Shown here in pieces: positions 38,575 to 50,602 of a DNA stretch of 64,000 nt (position 1 is its first letter; each line of letters begins with the position of its first letter). Position numbers and translations under genes: made by a program. Source of the stretch: Acidobacteriota bacterium (lineage in GTDB: Bacteria > Acidobacteriota > Aminicenantia > Aminicenantales > Saccharicenantaceae); NCBI GenBank assembly GCA_039683095.1, contig JBDKSB010000001.1, positions 324,567-388,566 on the forward strand, in the 5' to 3' direction. The notes below the pieces were generated by a model that ran no database searches, had not been told where the DNA came from, and saw only the letters and a list, made by a program, of their open reading frames with translations.

Positions 38575-41500
38575 ATGAGATCACGGAAATCCTTAGGCGT
38601 GCTCCTGCTCGGCCTGCTGCTGGCTCCCTTCCTGACCGCTCAGGTGAGCCGGCAGACGGGCGTGATCAAGGGCGTCGTCACGGACATGAGCGGGGCGGCC
38701 TTGCCGGGCGTGAGTGTCGCCGCCGCCAGCCCCGGGCTGATGGGCACGATCGCATCGGTCACGGACTCGACCGGCGCCTACCGGCTGGTCAACCTGCCGC
38801 CCGGGACCTACACGATCACGGCCAGCCTGCCGGGCTTCAAGACGGTGAAAAAGGGCGGCATCATCGTCCAGGTCGGGCAGACCTACCTGGTCAACCTGCA
38901 GACCGAGGCGAGCCCGTTGAGCGAGGAGATCACGGTCACCGGCGCGGCCCCGGTGGTGGACGTGGAGTCGAACAAGGTCACCAGCGTCATCACCACCGAG
39001 CTGCTCCAGAACCTGCCCCTCAACCGCAACATCAACGGCCTCTTCAATATCACCGCCGGCAGCGCCGGCTCGATCGGCGCCTACTCGGGCAGCATCCACG
39101 GCGCCAACTCCGGCTCGACGGCCTACGAGATCGACGGCGTCAACGGGGAAAGCCCGACCACGGGCGGCATGCAGATCTCCCCGCAGTACGAGAGCATCGA
39201 GGAGATCGAGATCGCCACGGCCGGGCTGCCGGCCCAGGTCGGCGCCTCCGGCGGCTCGTTCATCTCGGTCGTCACCAAATCGGGCGGCAACACCTTCCAC
39301 GGCCAGGCCCAGACCTACTACACCGCCAAGGGCCTGAACCAGATGCTCTTCACCAACGAGGAGCTCAACGCCTTCGGGAGGTCCAAGCCGTCGTTCGCCA
39401 AGTACGACGTCGACGGGTCCGTCTCCCTGGGCGGCCCGATCATCAAGGACCGGATCTGGTTCTTCACCACGCTCGACTATCGCCAGAACGAGTACACGCT
39501 GAACAACGTCCCGGTCACCCTGGAAGGGACCCTCTACGACGTCTTCACCAACCCGACCAAGACCTACTCGCCGTTCCTCAAGCTGACGACACAGCTCAAC
39601 AAGGACATGCGCCTGTTCTTCATGTTCAACGGCAGCTACACACGGAACCTCTACGGGCCGAGCTATTACCAGGTCTTCGATTCCACCACCCGCTCCCGCT
39701 CGAACAGCATGGCCGTGACCGCCAACCTCAACTGGATGCTCGGCGCCAGCACCTACATCGACATCCGCGGCGGCTACAACAACCTGGACTGGTCGCTGAC
39801 CTCCCAGCCGGATGCCCGGCTGAATGCCACCAAGATCGACGACTACACCGGTTACGTCTGGGGCGACAAGGATGGCGAGGAACAGTACACCATCCGCCGG
39901 GGCGAGACCGGGAGCATCCGGATGACCCACTTCCTGGACAACGTGCTGGGCGGCAATCACGAGCTCGGCGCCGGCGTCGAGTACGTCTACTCGTTCGACC
40001 GCCTGACCGTGGCCCGGGGAAACCCGCTGACCATCCATTACTATAACGGCAACCCCTACGCCTACGCCGCCCAGGGCCGGGACCGGGCCACCTACGGGGA
40101 CGGCTACATCCAGCTGTTCAACATGGGCCCGAACGAGGGCGACTCGACCAAGGACCTGCCCGGCAACCGCTTCGGCGCCTACCTGCAGGACTCCTTCAGC
40201 GTCAAGAACCGCCTGACCGTCAACCTCGGCTTCCGCTATGACTACTATTGGGGCGGCTTCGGCGGCGCGAGCTCGACCGGCACCGCCACAGACGGGCTGG
40301 CCTACAAGATGGGCGAATTCGTCGCCGAGACCATCGGCTGGAACCCCTACGCGGCGATGACCTGGGAACCGATGCGCAAGACCATGCAGACCTCGGCCCT
40401 CTCGCCCCGCATCGGCGCGAGCTACGATCTCTTCGGCAACGGCAAGACGGCCCTGAAGATCTCCTGGGGCCGCTATTATGAAGCCATGCCCGTCATGTGG
40501 TTCTCCAACGCCCAGGCCTCCATCCAGCAGAACTACGCCTACAACTGGTGGGACGACAACGGCAACCACGTCCCCGACGACCCCGGCGTCGACACGTACG
40601 TGCCGACGGACGGCTATTGGTCGTTCGTCGAACAGGACCTGACGGCCCTCCGCCGGCTCGTCGCCGGCAAGGGCGAGCAGTACCAGCTGAAGGCCCCCTG
40701 GAACAACGAGCTGGTCGTTTCCCTGTCCCACGAGCTGGTCAAGAACTTCTCGGTCAAGCTGCAGTACGTCAACAAGCTGGGCCGGCGGGACCACTGGGAC
40801 ACGATGTACGACATCTCGACCAAGAGGTACCTGAGCTCGCTGCAGGACGCTCCGGCCGGCTTCTGGGTCCCGTTCACGACCACCGTGCCGGCGGTCGGCG
40901 CCTGGCCGGAATCGACGGTCACGATCTACGTCCCGACGAACGATTACAACTGGGATAACGTCGTTTCGCGGCAGGCCAGCAATCCCTATTCCAAGCGGCG
41001 CTACAACGGCATCGAGCTGGCCTTCGACAAACGCTACGCCAACGGCTGGGCCATGGGCGGCTCGATCACCCTGGCCAAATCGAAGGCCATCACGCCCTAC
41101 GACCCGAACTATGTCGTCAACGGCTGGGGGGCGGACATCAACGATATCCCGATGGCCATCAAGCTCTTCGGCTCGTTCCGCCTGCCCCTCGAGTTCGTCG
41201 GCTCGTTCATCTACCGCCACATCGAGGGCGGCCCGCTCAACTACGGCGGAAACTTCTGGGACAAGTCGTTCGACGTCTACGTCTACGTTCCCGACGACTG
41301 GCTGGCCGCGCACAACTGCGTGACCTGGTATAACTATATCGGCGTCCAGCTCGCGCCCAACGGCACGCACCGCCAGGCTTCCTGGGACAACGTCGATTTC
41401 AGGCTGGAGAAGCAGTTCAAGTTCGGGTTCGGGACCGTGTCCGTTTTCGCCGACGTCTTCAACCTGCTCGGCAACAAGTACGTCTACAGCGGCTTGAACC

Positions 41501-41631
41501 CGGCCGGCGTCTGGTATCCGGTCGACGAGAACACTTCCGTCGGGACCCGCGAGCTCGACTACTACTACAAGAAGGTCACGAGCGTCTCGGGGCTCAGGAT
41601 CTTCAAGTTCTCGGCCCGCGTCACTTTCTGA
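38575..41631 (+). CDS. TonB-dependent outer-membrane receptor, Oar-like (N-terminal carboxypeptidase-regulatory-like domain plus plug plus 22-strand barrel)
   Basis: Signal peptide. GVVTDMSGAALPGVSVAAAS...TGAYRLVNLPPGTYTITASLPGF (CarboxypepD_reg). C-terminal ...LRIFKFSARVTF (terminal Phe). Confidence 0.85.
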   Translation: MRSRKSLGVLLLGLLLAPFLTAQVSRQTGVIKGVVTDMSGAALPGVSVAAASPGLMGTIASVTDSTGAYRLVNLPPGTYTITASLPGFKTVKKGGIIVQVGQTYLVNLQTEASPLSEEITVTGAAPVVDVESNKVTSVITTELLQNLPLNRNINGLFNITAGSAGSIGAYSGSIHGANSGSTAYEIDGVNGESPTTGGMQISPQYESIEEIEIATAGLPAQVGASGGSFISVVTKSGGNTFHGQAQTYYTAKGLNQMLFTNEELNAFGRSKPSFAKYDVDGSVSLGGPIIKDRIWFFTTLDYRQNEYTLNNVPVTLEGTLYDVFTNPTKTYSPFLKLTTQLNKDMRLFFMFNGSYTRNLYGPSYYQVFDSTTRSRSNSMAVTANLNWMLGASTYIDIRGGYNNLDWSLTSQPDARLNATKIDDYTGYVWGDKDGEEQYTIRRGETGSIRMTHFLDNVLGGNHELGAGVEYVYSFDRLTVARGNPLTIHYYNGNPYAYAAQGRDRATYGDGYIQLFNMGPNEGDSTKDLPGNRFGAYLQDSFSVKNRLTVNLGFRYDYYWGGFGGASSTGTATDGLAYKMGEFVAETIGWNPYAAMTWEPMRKTMQTSALSPRIGASYDLFGNGKTALKISWGRYYEAMPVMWFSNAQASIQQNYAYNWWDDNGNHVPDDPGVDTYVPTDGYWSFVEQDLTALRRLVAGKGEQYQLKAPWNNELVVSLSHELVKNFSVKLQYVNKLGRRDHWDTMYDISTKRYLSSLQDAPAGFWVPFTTTVPAVGAWPESTVTIYVPTNDYNWDNVVSRQASNPYSKRRYNGIELAFDKRYANGWAMGGSITLAKSKAITPYDPNYVVNGWGADINDIPMAIKLFGSFRLPLEFVGSFIYRHIEGGPLNYGGNFWDKSFDVYVYVPDDWLAAHNCVTWYNYIGVQLAPNGTHRQASWDNVDFRLEKQFKFGFGTVSVFADVFNLLGNKYVYSGLNPAGVWYPVDENTSVGTRELDYYYKKVTSVSGLRIFKFSARVTF

Positions 41632-41644
41632 TCCGGATGTCGTC

Positions 41645-41680
41645 GCGGGGGAGGGGCCCGGCCCCCCCCCTTCTTTTCTA
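41645..41680 (+). terminator. Rho-independent terminator after the TonB-dependent receptor
   Basis: gggggaggggcccggccccccccc followed by ttcttttc. Confidence 0.55.
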
Positions 41681-41859
41681 TTCTTCTCCTATCTCCGGGA
41701 ATCCCTCTCGCGGCTGCGATGGGCGTTGCCCTCGAAGATCCCCGTTGCTGGAGAGGGGGGCCGGGGAGCTGGAGGCACTGCCCTGAGCAAAGCAGCCTTC
41801 TTTTTCGCCCGGGGAGCGCGCATAATGGAGATGACCCTGACGAAGGGACGGGAACGGAC

Positions 41860-42867
41860 ATGACCATGAAACATCGCCTTCTTCGCGTCCTCCGGCTCGG
41901 CGCGGCCGGGTGCCTCGCGGCCGTCCTGGCGCTCGCCCTTCCGGCCGTCCTGGCGGGCCAGGAGAACCTCGGCCGGGGCCGGGTCACGGGCAAGGTCGTC
42001 GACCGGAACGATCGTCCGGTCGCGGGGGCGCTGATCGTCGCCCAGAGCCTGACCGCCCTGACCACGAGGCTCGAGGCCAGGACCGACGGCAAGGGCGGCT
42101 TCGTTGTCGGCGGGATGGGGACGGGCCCCTGGCGCTTCACTGTCGGCAAGAGCGGATACCAGGACGCCGTCCAGGACGTCGACGTGCACCAGCTCCGGCC
42201 GAACCAGCCGCTGGTCTTCGTTCTGACCGAGCTTGCGGCCGCCGCCCCCGCGGACAATGCCCGCAAGGAGGCCGAAGACAACCTGGCCCTCGGCAACCAG
42301 CTCCTGGCGGCGGAGAAATATGCCGAGGCCCGGGAGCTACTGGAAGGTTTCCTGAAGGACCATCCCGACGCCTATCAGGTCCGGCTGCAGATCGGCATGT
42401 GCTCTCTCAAGCTCGGGGAGACCGACCTGGCCGAGACGGAGCTGAAGGCCCTGCTGGACGCGATCGCGGCGAAGTCGGGATCATACGACAAGGAGCCGGC
42501 CTTGGCGGTCCAGGCCCTGGCCGGGCTGGGCGAGGCGGCGGTCAAGCGCGGCGACATGGAAGCCGCGATGGCCCGCTTCCGCGAGGCCCTGACCGTGTCC
42601 CCGACAAGCGAGCTCGTCGCCTATAACGTGGCCGAGATCCTTTTCGCCAACCAGAAGACCGACGAGGCGATCCAGTATTACCTGATGGCCATCGAGATCA
42701 AGAAGGACTGGCCCAAGCCGTACTACAAGCTGGGCATCGCCTGCCTGAACAAGGGCGATTATCCCAAGGCGCTCGAATACCTGCGCAAGTTCGTGGCCCT
42801 GGACCCGCAGAGCCAGGCCGCGGCGGAGGCCCGCAACGTCATCGCCGCCATCGAAAAGATGAAATAG
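41860..42867 (+). CDS. Secreted CarboxypepD_reg-domain plus TPR-repeat protein
   Basis: Signal peptide MTMKHRLLRVLRLGAAGCLAAVLALA. The GKVVDRNDRPVAGALIVAQS beta-sandwich. At least four TPR-like repeats. Confidence 0.7.
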   Translation: MTMKHRLLRVLRLGAAGCLAAVLALALPAVLAGQENLGRGRVTGKVVDRNDRPVAGALIVAQSLTALTTRLEARTDGKGGFVVGGMGTGPWRFTVGKSGYQDAVQDVDVHQLRPNQPLVFVLTELAAAAPADNARKEAEDNLALGNQLLAAEKYAEARELLEGFLKDHPDAYQVRLQIGMCSLKLGETDLAETELKALLDAIAAKSGSYDKEPALAVQALAGLGEAAVKRGDMEAAMARFREALTVSPTSELVAYNVAEILFANQKTDEAIQYYLMAIEIKKDWPKPYYKLGIACLNKGDYPKALEYLRKFVALDPQSQAAAEARNVIAAIEKMK

Positions 42868-42979
42868 GCCAGGCCGGCTTCCATCCTGGAATGCCTTGAA
42901 TCCGGGCGGACGACCGGATTAGAATGGGGCGCGGATCCGATCGAAGCCCTGGGCCCGGCGATCCGGCCCCAGATCACCG

Positions 42980-44350
42980 ATGAGGATGGAAAGCATGAAA
43001 GCCAAAGCCGCGAAGATCCTGATCCTGGCCATCGTCCTGGCGGCGGTCACCCAGACCGCCGCGGCTCAGCTGCCGAAGGAGACCGAGGCCCAGAAAGCCC
43101 AGCGGATGCGGTGGTGGACCGAGGCCCGCTTCGGGATGTTCATCCACTGGGGGCTCTACGCCCTGCCGGCCCGCCACGAGTGGGTCAAGAACCATGAGCG
43201 GCTGACCAACGAGCAGTATCAGAAGTATTTCGAGATCTTCGACCCCGACCTCTACAACCCCCGGGAATGGGCCCGGATGGCCAAGGCCGCCGGCATGAAG
43301 TACGCCGTCCTGACGGCCAAGCACCACGAGGGGTTCTGCCTCTGGGATTCGAAATACACCGATTACAAGGCGACGAACACGCCCATCGGCAGGGATCTGG
43401 TCAAGGAGTTCGTGGAAGCCTTCCGGGCCGAGGGCCTGAAGGTCGGGTTCTATTATTCGCTCATCGACTGGCACCACCCCGACTACACCGTCGACCGGAA
43501 CCACCCCCAGCGCGCCGAGAGCGACGCCGACTACGCCAGGCTGAACGCGGGCCGGGACATGGCCAGGTACCGCGAATACCTCAAGAACCAGGTCCGCGAG
43601 CTGCTGACGAACTACGGCGAGATCAGCATCATCTGGTTCGATTTCTCGTTCCCCGGCAAGAACGGCAAGGGCCGCGACGACTGGGATTCCCTGAACCTGC
43701 TCAAGCTGGCCCGCTCGCTCCAGCCCGGCATCATCGTCGATGACCGGCTCGACCTGGCGGACGTCGAGGGCGGCTGGGACTTCACGACGCCTGAGCAGGA
43801 AAAGGTGGCCAAGTGGCCCGAGCGCAACGGCCGGCGGGTCCCCTGGGAGACCTGCCAGACGTTCTCGGGGTCCTGGGGCTATTACCGCGACGAATACACC
43901 TGGAAAAGCCCGGCCCAGCTCCTCGAACTCCTGGCCGAATCGGTGAGCAAGGGCGGCAACCTCCTGCTCAACGTCGGGCCCACGGCCCGGGGAACGTTCG
44001 ACGACCGGGCCCAGGCCAGCCTGAAGGCCATGGGCGACTGGATGAAGGTCAACGGCCGTTCGATCTACGGCTGCACAGAGGCCCCGGCCGGGTTCGTCGC
44101 CCCGCCGAACACGCTCCTGACCTGGAACCCGGCCGCCAACCGGCTCTACGTCCACCTGCTCGATTATCCGCTCGACCGGATCGTCCTGCCGGGGATGGCC
44201 GGCAAGGTGAAATACGCCCAGTTCCTCCACGACGCCTCCGAGCTCTGGATGAGCCCCGGGCGCGGGGACGGGGCCGCGGACCTGACGCTCTCGCTCCCGG
44301 TCCGCAAGCCGCCGGTCGAGATCCCGGTCGTGGAGCTTTTGCTGAAATAG
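42980..44350 (+). CDS. Alpha-L-fucosidase, GH29
   Basis: FGMFIHWGLYA, HHEGFCLWDS and a signal peptide. The start may be 42986 or 42995. Confidence 0.85.
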   Translation: MRMESMKAKAAKILILAIVLAAVTQTAAAQLPKETEAQKAQRMRWWTEARFGMFIHWGLYALPARHEWVKNHERLTNEQYQKYFEIFDPDLYNPREWARMAKAAGMKYAVLTAKHHEGFCLWDSKYTDYKATNTPIGRDLVKEFVEAFRAEGLKVGFYYSLIDWHHPDYTVDRNHPQRAESDADYARLNAGRDMARYREYLKNQVRELLTNYGEISIIWFDFSFPGKNGKGRDDWDSLNLLKLARSLQPGIIVDDRLDLADVEGGWDFTTPEQEKVAKWPERNGRRVPWETCQTFSGSWGYYRDEYTWKSPAQLLELLAESVSKGGNLLLNVGPTARGTFDDRAQASLKAMGDWMKVNGRSIYGCTEAPAGFVAPPNTLLTWNPAANRLYVHLLDYPLDRIVLPGMAGKVKYAQFLHDASELWMSPGRGDGAADLTLSLPVRKPPVEIPVVELLLK

Positions 44351-44391
44351 AACCGAAGACCGTCTTCGGACCTGGCCCAAAGGAGAGGTTC

Positions 44392-45633
44392 ATGAAACGA
44401 TCCCCGTACCGCTCGATGCCCCCCGAGAACGCAGTCGGCCGCCGGGATTTCCTGCTGAAGGCCGGCGGGGCGCTCGGCGCCGGCTTGGTCATGACCGGCC
44501 GGAGCCTCGTCTTCGCCCAGCAGGCCCAGGGCCAGGCGCCCGCGGCCAAGCCGGCCGGGCAGCCGCCGAAACCCAAGACCAATATCGAGGACGCCCTCAA
44601 GGTCCCCCGGACCAAGTGGAGCCTGCCCGGGCCGTTCCCCGGACGGGTCGTCGAGGTCCATGACCCGGCGGCCATGCCCGACGGCAAGGTCGATGCGGCC
44701 GTGGTCGGGGCCATGGTCGAAAAGGGGATCCGCGGGCTGACAGGCAAGAGCCTGAAGAAGAGCTTCGGCCAGTTCTTCGCCAAGGACGACATCGTCGGGC
44801 TCAAGGTCAACCCCGTCGGCCCGGGCCTCATCAGCACCCGGCTCGAGGTCGTCGACGCCGTCATCGGCTGGCTCGCCTCCTGCGGCCTGCCGCGCCGGAA
44901 CATCATCATCTGGGACCGCTTCGACTACATGCTCAAGGACGCCGGCTTCACGGCCGAGCGCTTTCCGGGCGTCGGGATCGAGGGCCTGCAGACGATGGAC
45001 GAGGCCGCCGCCGAGGGCAAGACCCAGGACAACAGCAAGTGGCTCAAGGCCGACGGCAGCCATGTCAGCGCCCCCAATTTCGACCAGGCGGTCTACTACT
45101 GGGCCGACGTCGAGGGGCCCAAGGACCTGCCCTATCTCAACCAGCACGTCTTCAACGGCAAGCACTCCTATTTCGGCAAGCTGCTGACGAAGAAACTGAC
45201 CAAGATCGTCAACCTGCCCGTGTTCAAGAACACCGGGAATGCCATCTCCATGGCCACCAAGAACATCGGCTACGGCGCGGTCTGCAACACCAACCGGCTC
45301 CACCAGCCGCTCTTCCTGGATGTCTGCGTCGAGGTGCCGGCCTTCTGGCCGGTGCGCGACAAGATGGTCCTGAACATCACCGACGGCCTGCGCTCCCAGT
45401 ACGACGGCGGGCCGGACAAGAACGCCAAGTTCGCCTACATCGATAACCGGCTCTATTTCGCCTCCGACCCGTTCGCCCTGGACATGGTCTGCCACGGCAG
45501 GATCTTGGCCAAGCGCAAGGAGATGGGCGTGGCGGTCAACGAGAACCCGCGCTTCACGAACTATCTGCGCTACGCCGAGAAGCTCGGGCTCGGGGTCGCC
45601 GACCCGGCCAAGATCGTCCATGTCAAGGCCTGA
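44392..45633 (+). CDS. DUF362-domain protein with a Tat signal
   Basis: RRDFLLKAGGALGAGLVMTG. DUF362 core VGLKVNPVGP. RBS aaaggagagg. Confidence 0.7.
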   Translation: MKRSPYRSMPPENAVGRRDFLLKAGGALGAGLVMTGRSLVFAQQAQGQAPAAKPAGQPPKPKTNIEDALKVPRTKWSLPGPFPGRVVEVHDPAAMPDGKVDAAVVGAMVEKGIRGLTGKSLKKSFGQFFAKDDIVGLKVNPVGPGLISTRLEVVDAVIGWLASCGLPRRNIIIWDRFDYMLKDAGFTAERFPGVGIEGLQTMDEAAAEGKTQDNSKWLKADGSHVSAPNFDQAVYYWADVEGPKDLPYLNQHVFNGKHSYFGKLLTKKLTKIVNLPVFKNTGNAISMATKNIGYGAVCNTNRLHQPLFLDVCVEVPAFWPVRDKMVLNITDGLRSQYDGGPDKNAKFAYIDNRLYFASDPFALDMVCHGRILAKRKEMGVAVNENPRFTNYLRYAEKLGLGVADPAKIVHVKA

Positions 45634-46555
45634 GGGATCGCCGGGGCGGTGGAGAGCGGGACGCGCCGCCGCGCTGGCGGCCGTCCTCGCCCTCCTCTGC
45701 GACGGGATCCAGGCCCTCCCCGCCGCGGGCGCGGCGCGGACGGACGGCCAGGCGGCCGCCTCGTCCGCCCCGATCCCCGCTCCGGGATTCGCGCCCGGCT
45801 GGGCCGGGTCCGGGCCGCTCCGGGCGTTCACCGGCCAGGACCTCTTCAACCAGATCGACGGCGGGGCCGAGCTCTTCCTCGAGTTCGGCTTCGTCCGGCT
45901 CCGCCTCCAGTCGTACGCCCGCGGCCGGTCCGAGCTGACCCTCAACGCCTACGAGATGGAGAGCGCCGCGTCGGCCCTGGGCATCTACCTGATGAAGATG
46001 GGCAAGGAGAGCCCTTTCCCGGAAGTCGCGGCCCGCAATTCCAGCGAAGAGGTCCAGCTGACCATTCTAAAGGGCCGTTATTTCGTCCAGGTCGACAACC
46101 TCGGCGACGTTCCGGCATCGAGGGCCGAGGCGGCCGCCTTGGCCAACGCTTTCCTGGCCGGCGTGGCGGACGAGCCGGCCGCGACGCCGTTCGACGCCCT
46201 GCCGGCGGAGGGTCGCCTGCCCGGCTCCGAGCGACTGATCCGCGGGCCGTACGGGCTCCAGCCCTATTTCACCTTCGGGGAAGGCGATATCCTGTCGCTC
46301 GGAGGCCGGGTCTTCGGCGCCCTGGCCGGGTACCGGACGCGCGATGGATCGCCGTTCACCCGCCTGATCGTACCCTATCCGGACGCCGCGGCGGCGGCCG
46401 CGGCGCTGGCCCGTCTCAGGGCCAACCTGGATCCTTATCTGAAGATCACGGCAAGCCGCCCGGACGGGTTCGATTTCGTCGACTATCAGTCGAAGAAGGG
46501 GAGCGTCGGCCTTTCCGGCGCCGTCCTGGACATCCGCTTCAACGTCATTTCTTAG
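45620..46555 (+). CDS. Hypothetical exported protein, overlapping the DUF362 gene by 14 nt
   Basis: The ORF has a signal-like segment AAALAAVLALLCDG. Codon usage is consistent with coding. The exact start is uncertain. Confidence 0.45.
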   Translation: MSRPEGSPGRWRAGRAAALAAVLALLCDGIQALPAAGAARTDGQAAASSAPIPAPGFAPGWAGSGPLRAFTGQDLFNQIDGGAELFLEFGFVRLRLQSYARGRSELTLNAYEMESAASALGIYLMKMGKESPFPEVAARNSSEEVQLTILKGRYFVQVDNLGDVPASRAEAAALANAFLAGVADEPAATPFDALPAEGRLPGSERLIRGPYGLQPYFTFGEGDILSLGGRVFGALAGYRTRDGSPFTRLIVPYPDAAAAAAALARLRANLDPYLKITASRPDGFDFVDYQSKKGSVGLSGAVLDIRFNVIS

Positions 46556-46928
46556 CCAGCCCCCACTTGACCGTCCCCCGCGCGGCTACGAAAAGGAACA
46601 GGAAACAGTAGAGCACCGCCAGCTCCCCGTGGTTCACGAGGGGAAAGGCCTGGCCGGTCAGCTGAAGCTTCCAGTGGACCTGGATGTAAGCCACGGCCAT
46701 TTCGCCGCTGGCGATGAAGGCCGCGATCCGGGTGCCGAAGCCGACGGCGATGGCCAATCCGCCGGCGAGCTCGATCAGCCCGGCGAACCACAGCTGGGAG
46801 AACGCCGCCGGCCGGGTCCCGCCCAGGATGCCGAAGATCTTCTGGGCCCCGTGGAACGAATACAGGACGGCGGCCACGATCCGCAGCAGGGCGTAAGCCG
46901 TGTCGGAATATTTCGCGGGAAGCTTCAT
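46545..46928 (-). CDS. DoxX-family membrane protein
   Basis: MKLPAKYSDTAYALLRIVAAVLYSFHGAQKIFG... 127 aa with four TM helices. Confidence 0.7.
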   Translation of the reverse strand: MKLPAKYSDTAYALLRIVAAVLYSFHGAQKIFGILGGTRPAAFSQLWFAGLIELAGGLAIAVGFGTRIAAFIASGEMAVAYIQVHWKLQLTGQAFPLVNHGELAVLYCFLFLFVAARGTVKWGLAKK

Positions 46929-47066
46929 GGGTCCCCCTTCCGCGATCATGATAACAGAACCGGGCGCCGATGTCCTCCGCCGCCGCGGACCGGCCCCCCC
47001 CGGCGCTGGCCCGCCTTGATTTCCCCGCAGGCCGCGCCTATGATGGACGCGCAGAGGGGAAAGAAC

Positions 47067-48842
47067 ATGAAAACGATATCCGGACGCGCGGTCCGCGCCG
47101 CGGCCGCGGCTGTCCTGATCGCGGGCCTGGCCGGCTGCTCCCATAATACGGAGGCCGGGATCGGCGTCCTGGTGACCAACGCGCCGGCGACCCTGACGAT
47201 CAACCAGGCGGTCCAGCTGACGGCCAACGTCGTCGACGATCCCTCGGGCGCCGGGGTCGATTGGTCCTGCGCCGGGGGAGGCGCGTTCGCCCCGGCCCAC
47301 ACCGCGAGCGGGGCGCCGACGGTCTTCACGGCCCCCGCGACCCCGGGCCTCGTGACCGTCACGGCGGCCTCGGCCGCGGACCCCTACGCCAGGGACAGCG
47401 CCCAGATCTCCGTCGTTCCCATCGGTTCGAACGCCATGCTCTCGGGCGCCTATGTCTTCGCCGTGCAGGGCGCGGACAGCTCCGGGTCCTACGCGGCGGC
47501 GGGCACGATCGTCGCGGACGGCAACGGCGCCATCACCGGCGGCCGGCAGGATTACTCCGACGAGACCCTCCAGGCCGGGCCCGACGCGGTCACCGGCACG
47601 TACGCCATCGGCCCGGACGGCCGCGGCAGCATCACGCTCGCCGTCGCCAACACGAGCCTTCCCAACAACGGCGTCGAGACCTTCAGCGTCGTCATGACCT
47701 CGGGCGCGCACGGCCTGATCGGCCAGTTCGACGGCACGGCGACATCGAGCGGCAGCCTCGACGCCCAGGCGGCGAGCGCCCTCGATCCCGCGGCGATCGC
47801 CGGCGCCTTCGCCTTCACGGCCCAGGGCGTCGACCTCTCGTACGGGCTGCCCCTGACCCACGGCGGCGTCGTGATCATGAGCGCCGCGGCCGGAACGATC
47901 GCGAGCGGCACGTACTTCGAGAACGACGGCGGCTCCACATATTCGTCGGCGACGGCCGGGACGCTGACGGCCCCGGACGGGTTCGGCCGCGGGACCATCG
48001 ACCTCGGCGTCGGCGTCGCCTTCGCTTATTATGCCGTCCGGGGCCAGGTCCTGCGGCTCATCGAGAAGGACTTCCCATCCGCCATGACCGGTGGCGGCAT
48101 GTACGGGCAGGGCCAGGCGGGACTGAGCCAAACATTCTCCGCGGCCTCCTTGAACGGGAGCTTCGTCCTCTCCCACGCGGGAGGAACGGGACACGGGGCT
48201 TTGGCCGCGGCCGGGCAGTTCACGGCCGACGGGGCGGGCAATTTCACGGCCGGGGAGACCGACCTCAACAACGCCGGCGTGGGCGCCTTCGCCTCGATCT
48301 CCGGGCAGTCCCGCTACACGATGGCCGCCAACGGCGCCGGCTGGGTCACGCTCCCTCCGATCGTGGACCAGCTGGGGGACGTCTCCCTGCTGCTGATCCT
48401 GGCGGTGGACCCGGACCTCAACCTGGTCGATCCGTCGAGCCCGACCGGGGGCGGCGGGGCCCTGGTGATGGATTTCGACGCCGGCGCGGTCGGGTCCGGA
48501 TACGTCGTGCCGCAAACGGCCGGGACCTTCGACGGCAATTACGCCCTCAACCTGCAATTCGTCGGCTCGTCGGGGGAGAATGACTGGATCGGGCAGGCGG
48601 CGGCCTCGGCCGGGGCGCTCGCCGGGACCGTCGACATCAACGCCTCGGGGCAGACGACGGCCGGCGCCGGCTTCACGGGTGCGTTCGGGGCCGACGCCTC
48701 GCGTCCCGGCCGCTGGACGGGGACGTTCACGGCGGGCGGGACCACCCACGCTATCGCCTATTACCAGGTGAGCGACGCCGCTTTCATGATCGTCGATATG
48801 GACAGCGCCGACGTCGGGATCGGCCTCGTCCAGAAGCAATAG
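47067..48842 (+). CDS. Large lipoprotein, function unknown (Ig-like / beta-rich repeats)
   Basis: Lipobox IAGLAGCSHN. RBS gagggga. TTGATT-N17-TATGAT promoter upstream. Confidence 0.6.
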   Translation: MKTISGRAVRAAAAAVLIAGLAGCSHNTEAGIGVLVTNAPATLTINQAVQLTANVVDDPSGAGVDWSCAGGGAFAPAHTASGAPTVFTAPATPGLVTVTAASAADPYARDSAQISVVPIGSNAMLSGAYVFAVQGADSSGSYAAAGTIVADGNGAITGGRQDYSDETLQAGPDAVTGTYAIGPDGRGSITLAVANTSLPNNGVETFSVVMTSGAHGLIGQFDGTATSSGSLDAQAASALDPAAIAGAFAFTAQGVDLSYGLPLTHGGVVIMSAAAGTIASGTYFENDGGSTYSSATAGTLTAPDGFGRGTIDLGVGVAFAYYAVRGQVLRLIEKDFPSAMTGGGMYGQGQAGLSQTFSAASLNGSFVLSHAGGTGHGALAAAGQFTADGAGNFTAGETDLNNAGVGAFASISGQSRYTMAANGAGWVTLPPIVDQLGDVSLLLILAVDPDLNLVDPSSPTGGGGALVMDFDAGAVGSGYVVPQTAGTFDGNYALNLQFVGSSGENDWIGQAAASAGALAGTVDINASGQTTAGAGFTGAFGADASRPGRWTGTFTAGGTTHAIAYYQVSDAAFMIVDMDSADVGIGLVQKQ

Positions 48843-48906
48843 GGAAGGGCCGAAGGCCGGGCCAGGCGGGCTTCCTCCGCCGGGCGGATTCGGGTACAAT
48901 CGCGGC

Positions 48907-50580
<1,674 letters not shown>

Positions 50581-50602
50581 CGCCGGGAAGGCCGCGCTCC
50601 CC

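Noticed and set aside
38593-41370. 925-aa minus-strand ORF
   Set aside because: Antisense to the TonB-dependent receptor gene.
44164-45945. 593-aa minus-strand ORF
   Set aside because: Antisense to the DUF362 gene and the following exported-protein gene.
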